Below, piece after piece: positions 55,755-64,000 of a stretch of DNA of 64,000 bases. The notes under the pieces were generated by a model. It was not told where the DNA came from. It ran no database searches and worked only from the letters and a program-made list of their open reading frames with translations. Position numbers and translations under genes: made by a program. This DNA comes from a virus. Each line of letters begins with the position of its first letter. Position 1 is the stretch's first letter. The stretch lies in IMG/VR virus record IMGVR_UViG_3300044609_000960, positions 32,001-96,000 of that record; one strand, 5' to 3'.

Positions 55755-58700
55755 ATGCCAGAGTATACTTCCGGTTCTTCAATAAGGGCGGAAAGAACTC
55801 CGCCAAGAAAGTCTGTCTCAAAAAAACAAATGGTGGATTTTAGGGGATTTCCCCTATCCACCGAGGAAGGAAACCCTTTAACTACTAGTAAAGAATCGTA
55901 TCCTAAAGCCGAGTATGGAGCAGATAATGCTCCCTCGGTTGTACTTAATAGTGATTCTTATCTAAAAGACGGGATTAGTTCAGCAAACCAATTTAGCAAG
56001 AGGAATCCAGCTGCTCTTCCCATGATCGAGCAGTTTGCAGATACTTCAGAAGTTAGTCGTTCTCTATTAGGAATTAATCGTGAGACTACTCAACAGGGAC
56101 TTTTTGGGAACGTAAGTACCTATGGCCTTGATGAGAAAGACTGGAGGGTAGATGGAACTCCGAATAGAGATCCATATTTCTGGTACTCTAGACCCTCTTC
56201 CTCTGGACCTTATTTTGAAACAAAATTTGAAGAGGACACAAAAAATTCTGCATTAGCTATCTCTGTATATCCGTCACCTTTTACCCCACCAGGCAAACCA
56301 TCTCTCCAAGACCAACTAATAAACCCAGGTGGTGCGGAGAGATATAGAGGATGGGGACAATATCTCAACTCTATCATTGCTCAATATCTTATTGAGTATA
56401 TGGTAAAGAATTTTACAGAAGATCAACTTGCTGAGTTTAATCTTTTATACCTTCTCAATAAATACCCTCCTAATATCCTACCCGATGGTTCTTATGAGTT
56501 CAATCAACTCTATTGGGATAAAATTTGGTTAGATATTCAACAAACAAGATTTGGTGCTGTATCAGACTATCCACTGATTCCATCCGGCCGTGCAATAAAT
56601 TTTGTTCCAACTTCTACAGAATCATTACTTCTCACACCGTTTAAAAGCGCTGATTTATGGGGTGAAGATGGAGATGATCGAGTTATCATCCCTCAGGCAG
56701 ATGCAGCTGTTCCGAACACCTTAAGTTGCTCATGGGATAGTTTCTTATTTAGTACGACAAGAGTATATTACCCAGAAGGTAGTTCAGAAGATAAAGGCCA
56801 TTATCGGATCAAAACCAATCCTACCCCAGAACTTTGGAGTAAGTATTTTGGTCTAAATTGGGAATATTTACGTCAAGATCTTAAGGACTGGAGCTTTACA
56901 ATTCATAACTCGTCCTCCACTGTAACTCAGGTAGAGAAAGATCTTAAACTTCCGCATTTTATTCTTGATTCTCCTATCGAAGCAAATCCAAATAATATCT
57001 TCAGTTCTACGTGGCCGAATCAACAGTTCGGAGAGGCAATCAACCTACCTACTACAGAAAATAAGATAGGCGGTTCAGCTGGTGTAAGTTCAGAGATTAC
57101 AATCAAATCTATTAGGGCCTTTAGATACCAACCTGGACGGATTAGTGGATTTACCTACGGTTCCAAAGCATCTGAAATCGGTGCTGGTCCTGGTACCACT
57201 ATCGAGTGGGGAATAGAAAATGATACTGATGGTTACTTCTTTAGACTCCGTGATGGCGCTGATTTCACAATCGTTCGCCGATCAATCATCCCTCTTGAAG
57301 AAACTGATTTCCTAGCCGATTCTGGATACGCTGAAAATACCCGTGAGATTTTTTATAATGGTCGTAGACAATATGAGACCATTATAGAACAAAAAAATAT
57401 GAATGGTGATCCTCTCAATGGCGAGGGGGAAAGTGGATATATTCTCAATCCAGATACTGTCACCATGTATAAGATTGAGTTTGGTTGGTATGGTGCTATT
57501 GGCGCTAAGTTTTATGCATATATTCCAGAAGAAAATGGAGAATGTCGTTGGGTATCATTACACACTCTAGTCATTGAAAACCAACTTGGACAACCATGTT
57601 TAGGCGATCCTTTCTTCTATTTTAGATATAGACTAACAGTATCTGACTCATCAACGATTAGATTGGATCAGTACCTTTATAAGTTTGGCGCATCATACTA
57701 TATTGATGGTTATGACAAAGGTACTCTATATTCATCATACGCAAAGTCTAAAAAACGTGATTTAGTTGATCCCAAGTTTTCTGTCTCTAAGACATATCTC
57801 AACGCGATTGATTGGACAGTACTCATGGGAGTAAAACCAAAGCAGTATCTATATAATAGATATGGTAGCGAAATATACAATAAAAAAGAAATTTTCCCTA
57901 AGAGCTTTTCTATCTTCTCTCAAGAAGATTGTGAGATAAAAATCATTCGTCAAGAAGCTTGTCCAGAATTTGCTTATACTCACCAAGAAGGATATACGTG
58001 GGCCTTATTACCAGAAAACCGTAGAATGAGGGCAAAATTTAGTGTTAATAATTTTAATATTAATGAGTCGTCCTTAGGTATTACATTACAAGACGCAACT
58101 TCTCATACAGCGACATTAGCCTATGCTGGATCGCTGGAAGGAGATTGGAGATCACCTACTAATTCGCAAAATTATTCGGTCATAGGATCAGAGTCAATTA
58201 GAGTAGTGGGTGATGATTTATTCCAACTTGTAATGACGCAGAAAAACCTCGCTGGGGTTAATAGCGTATTTAAATTAAAAAGAGTAGAAAATGGTGGATA
58301 TTTATCTTCTAGAAATAGTGATCTTGAATCGGACAATGTCTATTTACCATTTACCTATGCTCAAGTAGGCGAATATACTTCTGGATATGAAGTAGAATTT
58401 GACTATTATCGCCGGGATCAAATTCTTTTATCATCAGTAAATATTATCTCTGATGAGTTTTTTATTTTCTGGACCGGAGGTAGTCGTGAAGGAATAGACT
58501 CCACTCATGCTTCAACGGTTAGATTTGGATTTTCTTGGCCCGATGTATCAAACTCATCAAGTCTTATCCATGTAAACAGAGATGTTAATTCTTGGGGTGT
58601 AGAGCTTCCAAGTGATGATCTAGATGGCCTAGGAGATGACCATGTTAAATACGACAATGAGAAATTCTATGAAGGTCTCCCTGTTGATCTTATAAAGGAC

Positions 58701-59834
58701 TATCCAAGTAACACTCTATATGTAGAGACTAATACTGACCTACATATTAATACATACAATCTTGAAATTGAAGAATATGATATTCTTAGCGAATTTTGGG
58801 ATTTAGGAGATGATAGATTAGCAGTACCTGGAGTGGAAGGTGGAGAATGCAATGGACTTGGTTGTAAAGCAGGTCGGGAAATAAGAGATGCTGAGATTGT
58901 AAAATATAATGAAGAACTAGGAGATGGAAACTTTGCCGATATCTTCTACCTACAAAGTACCTCTCCATGGCCTTCCTTGGGCCAAGCATATTCAATAACT
59001 ATTGACCAAGGAAATAATAGTATTACAAGACAAGTAAATAACCCAATTACAAAAGTTGTCGGAGAAGCTATAGTTTATTTATTACCTTTGGGAACTTCTT
59101 TACCATCTCCTCTAGTAGAAGGAGACGCCGAAGCCTCCTATAATATTATTTATATAGCTACCATAGACAAGCAATCCAAGGTACGTTCTATTCTCGCATC
59201 AAAAATTGCACCTGGTAATATCCCATATATCAGGGTATTTATGCAAGCTAGACAAGGAGCGACTATGGGAGGAATGTGGATAGGACAAAAAACTCCAAAT
59301 GGTATTGTTCTTGATCCATTTACCCCACATCGCTCTACTGTTAATATCAAGGATGGCGGATCGGAATCTCATGGGGAAAGTTTCCCTGCTCCAAATACTA
59401 AGACTGATGGGGCTATTAAATTAATTAATACCTACACTCAGTTTGATGAGTTTGGTAAATCAACGGCACCTACTATTGATATTACAACTACGTCTTTAGA
59501 TACATATAAATCGATCCATACTAACCCTCGCAAATGTGGAAGTTTCTTATCCGCTGGTGGTACGAACGCTGCTGGTATTCTGACTCCGACTGATTATCCG
59601 ATTAGATGGTTAACATCTAAGTCCTCAGGATTACCTCTTGGAACTTTTTATGTTTCAAAAAACCAATCAGTTGAAATTTCATTAGAGGATATTTTTAATG
59701 TAGATGCTGAATCTGTTGTTAATTCAGACGATGCCAATTTGGCAACTATATTCATAGCACGTAGTTTGAATAACCACAATCCAGAAGGATCTGCAAAAGA
59801 AATCTACATGACACTTAACTACGACGAGCAATAG
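55755..59834 (+). CDS. large virion structural protein (FRYQPGR family, paralog 2)
   Basis: SIRAFRYQPGR, VTMYKIEFGWYGAIGA, KFGASYYIDG; ends YDEQ. Confidence 0.7.
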   Translation: MPEYTSGSSIRAERTPPRKSVSKKQMVDFRGFPLSTEEGNPLTTSKESYPKAEYGADNAPSVVLNSDSYLKDGISSANQFSKRNPAALPMIEQFADTSEVSRSLLGINRETTQQGLFGNVSTYGLDEKDWRVDGTPNRDPYFWYSRPSSSGPYFETKFEEDTKNSALAISVYPSPFTPPGKPSLQDQLINPGGAERYRGWGQYLNSIIAQYLIEYMVKNFTEDQLAEFNLLYLLNKYPPNILPDGSYEFNQLYWDKIWLDIQQTRFGAVSDYPLIPSGRAINFVPTSTESLLLTPFKSADLWGEDGDDRVIIPQADAAVPNTLSCSWDSFLFSTTRVYYPEGSSEDKGHYRIKTNPTPELWSKYFGLNWEYLRQDLKDWSFTIHNSSSTVTQVEKDLKLPHFILDSPIEANPNNIFSSTWPNQQFGEAINLPTTENKIGGSAGVSSEITIKSIRAFRYQPGRISGFTYGSKASEIGAGPGTTIEWGIENDTDGYFFRLRDGADFTIVRRSIIPLEETDFLADSGYAENTREIFYNGRRQYETIIEQKNMNGDPLNGEGESGYILNPDTVTMYKIEFGWYGAIGAKFYAYIPEENGECRWVSLHTLVIENQLGQPCLGDPFFYFRYRLTVSDSSTIRLDQYLYKFGASYYIDGYDKGTLYSSYAKSKKRDLVDPKFSVSKTYLNAIDWTVLMGVKPKQYLYNRYGSEIYNKKEIFPKSFSIFSQEDCEIKIIRQEACPEFAYTHQEGYTWALLPENRRMRAKFSVNNFNINESSLGITLQDATSHTATLAYAGSLEGDWRSPTNSQNYSVIGSESIRVVGDDLFQLVMTQKNLAGVNSVFKLKRVENGGYLSSRNSDLESDNVYLPFTYAQVGEYTSGYEVEFDYYRRDQILLSSVNIISDEFFIFWTGGSREGIDSTHASTVRFGFSWPDVSNSSSLIHVNRDVNSWGVELPSDDLDGLGDDHVKYDNEKFYEGLPVDLIKDYPSNTLYVETNTDLHINTYNLEIEEYDILSEFWDLGDDRLAVPGVEGGECNGLGCKAGREIRDAEIVKYNEELGDGNFADIFYLQSTSPWPSLGQAYSITIDQGNNSITRQVNNPITKVVGEAIVYLLPLGTSLPSPLVEGDAEASYNIIYIATIDKQSKVRSILASKIAPGNIPYIRVFMQARQGATMGGMWIGQKTPNGIVLDPFTPHRSTVNIKDGGSESHGESFPAPNTKTDGAIKLINTYTQFDEFGKSTAPTIDITTTSLDTYKSIHTNPRKCGSFLSAGGTNAAGILTPTDYPIRWLTSKSSGLPLGTFYVSKNQSVEISLEDIFNVDAESVVNSDDANLATIFIARSLNNHNPEGSAKEIYMTLNYDEQ

Positions 59835-59844
59835 AGAACCACTC

Positions 59845-62800
59845 ATGGCAGAATTTTTAGGATTCGGACAATTAACCCGTCCAGATATTGGTTTAATTGC
59901 GGACGGGGTTCAGAACCTCGCTGAAATTTATACATCGGACCAGCCAACCGCTCTAAGGAATATTCGTCTTGCGCCGGAAGTTTTAGATATTATCTACAAC
60001 CTCTCCAAGACTATCTCTAGAGAAGATCTTAGAGCAGTAAGTGGACTTTCTTCACTATTGCTATCTACACTTGACTTACAAGATGAAACATTCGAAAGAA
60101 TTAATGATATCTTGTATGTTCAAGAGAGATACGTAAGTTCATCAAAGCAAATTGGTATTGATGCTAATCCCTCCTTACGAGGAGATCTAGTCAAAGTACC
60201 AAATATAATTGTTTATAATGGTTCTATTCAATGCCAAGGTGTCCAATATCGCACTAAAGTCTTAGGAGAAACAAGTCTTTACTCAGGTGGAGAAAATAGA
60301 CTAACCTCTGTTTCTACATCAAGAGCCAGTCTATTTAACTCTGAGAAATTTGGTGAGAATGAAGCAAATACTGGTTACTTTAAATCCGCATCCTATCCTT
60401 CTCTGATAAGAGTACGTCGTAGATCTCATCTTAATAGAATAGTAGTTAATAAATCTACATTTATCCCACGTGCTCCAGTAAAAGAAAACCCCTCCCATGA
60501 GATTTTATGTCATGTGGATAATGGAGATACTGGAACATCACAGCCATTAAAACTTCTTGCTACAAAGAACTCACCATTGAGGATCCCATGTCGTATGGCA
60601 TCGGGAAAAATTACGTTTACTTTTACTGAGACTGGAGTGTTTTTCTTTGGATATCAGGTTCAACCACTTCAATCAAGAACCCTTGGTGAAAAACCACAAT
60701 TCCTCCCATTACCTCCAAAATCACAACTTATCGCTTCAAACTCCTTCACCCTGGATATAGATATCACCACTACTGGATACCAGAATTCCTATGATCTGTA
60801 TCTATATCTATATATAAACCCTGAAAAAATTCGTTCCATAGATATTAGTGGGATAAACGTTTCAGAGTTTGTGGATGGTAAGGATATCGGATTAGTAGGA
60901 TTCAACAATCTTACTTCATTGAGGCTTTCTGGCACCTCTATTAAAATCCTGCCTATTTGGCTAAAAACTCTAAATACAAAACTTCAGGTATTAGATCTCG
61001 CCTCAGATGGCGATACGTATAGAACTGGTATTTTAAAATATTTTGATTATAGAAACGCTACAGAATCCCCCACGTCCTCCACACCGCTCTATACTGTTAC
61101 AAGTTATTTAAGTATTCCTAAAAAAGGAGCGATTATAAACGAAGAAGGGAATGGTTGGAATGATACCATATTTGAGAAATATATAAAGTCTCAAGTACCC
61201 ACATTAACAAATAGAAACGATCCTAGTGTAGTAGCAAGAACGGCTAATACAGATTTTAGAGAATTTGGCGCAATGAGAGTCCTAAACCTAGGAGATAGGT
61301 TTTTGGGAGTTAATCCACGTTTAGACGATGTATTCCCCGGCCTAACTGAACTCCTATGGAGAGGATACGTAGGTAGAGGAATTTGGCCTATCTCAGGTAC
61401 ACCACCTAAGATCAATAATAATGGCAATGTATTCAGTAGCTATAATATCCATACTAGCGGGGTAAGTGGAAATATAACAGATATTGGCACATCAATCACT
61501 ATTGGCGATAATACCATCAATGGACCAACTCATATTTCAAAATATAAAATAGATGCTATAGATGTGGCTGGGGAATATGACTATGGTCGACAAAACATCT
61601 CTGGTAGTATCGCCACTTCTAATTTTAGCGAGTGGGCAACATGGTTTACTCAAACAAAGTCAATCAATATTTCATGGAGTTATGTATCCATAGGTCTCCA
61701 GCCTACTGGATATGTATGGCAGAATCTCCAAGGACTTGGTACAGAATACTCGGGTGGTATCGTATTTACTCCAGCAGTAGGTACAGTTGCTGATCCAATT
61801 AAGGCACCAAATATCACCGGTCTTTCTGTATATGGAACATCTTCCACAGGACCAATTCCTTCATTAGGAACAGATCCAACTCAGCATACTGCAGCAATTA
61901 CCTATGTTCAGTTTGGTGGTACTGAGACAATAAGCACTGTTAGCGAGAACGGATACCCATATATCCTGCCAAGTAACTTTGCTCCTGATCGCCCATCTTC
62001 TCCCCATAGATTAACTACATTTGCTATAAATGACACGTCAAGGGTGGGAAGATTTAGGGCCAATGACTTTAAATACCTTTATGAGTTGAATAGACTTGAC
62101 CTGAGAAGATCCCCCGGGTTATGGGGTAAATTCCCTATCTTCCCTACAAGAAAGAATCCAGAAACACAAACAAAAAATATCTCTATTGATATTGCCGAAG
62201 GATGCCGATTCTCAGATCTTAGTACATTAGATATTACACCATCGAATAGATATATCGCCAGAGACCTAATCTCTTTAGATGCTTGGAATCAAAATATCGC
62301 AAGAGGCGGATGTAAATTACCCTCCCTAGAGGGCATAGGTGGTGTTGATGCTACACGTGTTGAGTATATTCATCTCGGTAACTCCCTTACCTCTACCTAT
62401 CCATCCAGCTGGACTGGTACAAATAAATCCCCCGGCTCCTATATATTCGATACAGATATCTACTCTTCCGTTTCTGGAATAACTCCTGGTCGTCAAATTA
62501 ATTCTGATGACGTTATTTATTTTATGACCGGTGCCACTGATTTTGATCGTAAGGTACTTGTTAATGATTCTATCCACTCTTCTACCACAGGAGCAGAACT
62601 TGCTAGGGTGGTTAGTGTTGAATCTAATACTATTTATCTGGATAGAGATATTCCTGGTAGTTCTTCTGGAACTTATTTCTTTAAACGTAATACCCAATCA
62701 ATCAATACATGGTTCCAGAATGGATTCACAAATCTTCTTCGCCTAAGACTTAATGGATGCCGATTAAGTGGTTCTATTAATATCAGATCTGGATTTGATA

Positions 62801-63465
62801 AAATTGTAGATGATAATTATTTAGCCTTAGATCTATCTAATAATTGCATTACAGGTTATACTGCAGGATTCAATAGAATCTTCTCAGGTGGTAATAGAAA
62901 GATAACCATCGATCTTTCATATAATAATTTTGCCACTGGTGTAGTTAGAAATATGCTCAATGAACTTCTAAATATAGAGGCCCAGAGAGTCTTTACTAAT
63001 GTAGAAATCAGACTTAATAACACTAAGTTATCAGCATCTGACACTTACATCAACTACTCCCAAGAAGAACTATTTCCTACAACGATTCAAAGCGCATCTA
63101 ACCAAACAATCTCTCTAACAAGAACAGAAAGAGTTAAGATCTATTCTGAAGTTACTACAACTGATGCTAGTGGTACAACAACCACTACCAAAGTTGTAAC
63201 CGGATCTAAAGATATAACAGTACCAGGGGCATTTATTTCCTCACTAAATGGTTATTATAAGACACAGACAAATGGCCGTCAACAGATCGTAGAAAATAGT
63301 TTAGGAGTTAGATTAAAAGGAAATAGAAACTGGAGAATTCTACTAGGATTTACCTATCAATCCCCAGATACATCGCCTACAGTAACAGGGACTACATATT
63401 CCAATCCAACAACCCGTGAGGCATCTCTGGCCGAATTAGGTTACACCCTAGCCGATCTCGCCTGA
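59845..63465 (+). CDS. large leucine-rich-repeat virion-associated protein
   Basis: NLTSLRLSGT, KLQVLDLAS, ELNRLDLRRS, NLLRLRLNGCRLSG, LALDLSNNCITG; fibre-like QNLAEI...ALRNIRL N-terminus. Confidence 0.65.
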   Translation: MAEFLGFGQLTRPDIGLIADGVQNLAEIYTSDQPTALRNIRLAPEVLDIIYNLSKTISREDLRAVSGLSSLLLSTLDLQDETFERINDILYVQERYVSSSKQIGIDANPSLRGDLVKVPNIIVYNGSIQCQGVQYRTKVLGETSLYSGGENRLTSVSTSRASLFNSEKFGENEANTGYFKSASYPSLIRVRRRSHLNRIVVNKSTFIPRAPVKENPSHEILCHVDNGDTGTSQPLKLLATKNSPLRIPCRMASGKITFTFTETGVFFFGYQVQPLQSRTLGEKPQFLPLPPKSQLIASNSFTLDIDITTTGYQNSYDLYLYLYINPEKIRSIDISGINVSEFVDGKDIGLVGFNNLTSLRLSGTSIKILPIWLKTLNTKLQVLDLASDGDTYRTGILKYFDYRNATESPTSSTPLYTVTSYLSIPKKGAIINEEGNGWNDTIFEKYIKSQVPTLTNRNDPSVVARTANTDFREFGAMRVLNLGDRFLGVNPRLDDVFPGLTELLWRGYVGRGIWPISGTPPKINNNGNVFSSYNIHTSGVSGNITDIGTSITIGDNTINGPTHISKYKIDAIDVAGEYDYGRQNISGSIATSNFSEWATWFTQTKSINISWSYVSIGLQPTGYVWQNLQGLGTEYSGGIVFTPAVGTVADPIKAPNITGLSVYGTSSTGPIPSLGTDPTQHTAAITYVQFGGTETISTVSENGYPYILPSNFAPDRPSSPHRLTTFAINDTSRVGRFRANDFKYLYELNRLDLRRSPGLWGKFPIFPTRKNPETQTKNISIDIAEGCRFSDLSTLDITPSNRYIARDLISLDAWNQNIARGGCKLPSLEGIGGVDATRVEYIHLGNSLTSTYPSSWTGTNKSPGSYIFDTDIYSSVSGITPGRQINSDDVIYFMTGATDFDRKVLVNDSIHSSTTGAELARVVSVESNTIYLDRDIPGSSSGTYFFKRNTQSINTWFQNGFTNLLRLRLNGCRLSGSINIRSGFDKIVDDNYLALDLSNNCITGYTAGFNRIFSGGNRKITIDLSYNNFATGVVRNMLNELLNIEAQRVFTNVEIRLNNTKLSASDTYINYSQEELFPTTIQSASNQTISLTRTERVKIYSEVTTTDASGTTTTTKVVTGSKDITVPGAFISSLNGYYKTQTNGRQQIVENSLGVRLKGNRNWRILLGFTYQSPDTSPTVTGTTYSNPTTREASLAELGYTLADLA

Positions 63466-63494
63466 TTAAAGTTATTTAGAAATATAAGTATACC

Positions 63495-64000
63495 ATGGCC
63501 GGACTTTATAGTAAGAAAAATCTTGGTGAGGTACAATTAAACCTCAAGGACGCTTTACAAAAACTTTACGCTCCAGGTATCCAAGAGGATATTAGATTAT
63601 TTGCATTTTCTAATTCGCTATATTCTGAAATCCGGTCTGGTATTACAAAGATAGATGCGAGCACTGGGGAAGAAATTGACGTACCTAATGAGATCTTTGG
63701 TCTAATCAACGAACCATTTACAGATGATAATGGTAATGTTATTAATAGAACAAAGTTTATCACAAACAGACTAACTTTCTCTAGTAATAACAGAGTATTT
63801 TTTGAAACTATTTCCAATGCAGGATTCACTTTTGATAGAAGAACCTCTTTTACCGAAGGTGCTCCTATAATAGTATCAAGAAATGGTTCGATTGTAAACT
63901 TAGAAGTTATTGGATCTGGATCGCAATATGAGGTTATCTCATCTGCTGGACAAATAGTACCAGGTCCTGTAACTATTCAGGTTAATGTACGTGGTAAAGA
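63495..64000 (+). CDS. structural protein, 3'-truncated by window edge (not in ORF track)
   Basis: MAGLYSKKNLGEVQLNLKDALQKLYAPGIQEDIRLF...; GATTAAAG variant at 63464-63471, 23 nt upstream. Confidence 0.7.
   Translation, partial: MAGLYSKKNLGEVQLNLKDALQKLYAPGIQEDIRLFAFSNSLYSEIRSGITKIDASTGEEIDVPNEIFGLINEPFTDDNGNVINRTKFITNRLTFSSNNRVFFETISNAGFTFDRRTSFTEGAPIIVSRNGSIVNLEVIGSGSQYEVISSAGQIVPGPVTIQVNVRGK

Noticed and set aside
11983-62686. Other GTTTAAA matches inside genes (about 11983, 15611, 16875, 16911, 56639, 62679)
   Set aside because: I saw no suitably spaced gene start for them and some are antisense; a 7-mer this AT-rich is expected by chance.
1-64000. tRNA, rRNA, introns, inteins
   Set aside because: No T-loop or cloverleaf, intron core or intein terminal motifs found by eye; tRNAscan-SE and Infernal would be needed to exclude them fully.

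Overview
The whole window is a segment of a large lytic contractile-tailed (myovirus-type) dsDNA phage. The host is probably a freshwater cyanobacterium, inferred from recall of its short-ORF families, not from a search. Bases 1-4676 hold a tightly coupled run of small early-type hypothetical ORFs. The rest is late/structural. It has a Mu-like head set (DUF935 portal, Mu gpI-like protease/scaffold, DUF2190-like decoration protein, major capsid, gp36- and gp37-like completion proteins). It also has an enlarged tail sheath, a tail tube, two tail-chaperone-like genes and about 37 kb of fibre/spike/adhesin genes, including two leucine-rich-repeat proteins. Accessory genes are RlpA-like transglycosylase, Dps, dCMP deaminase and a degenerate LOG/SLOG-like protein. 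No tRNA, rRNA, CRISPR, integrase, terminase, or recognisable tape-measure or baseplate gene was seen. The strongest unannotated signal is GTTTAAA(G), found about 22-45 nt before almost every late gene or operon on both strands. One copy lies inside the protease gene just ahead of an in-frame ATG, defining a nested scaffold gene. Several copies are followed by hairpins abutting the start codon. A few host sigma70-type promoters drive genes inserted among the late operons. All family calls are by motif recognition only.
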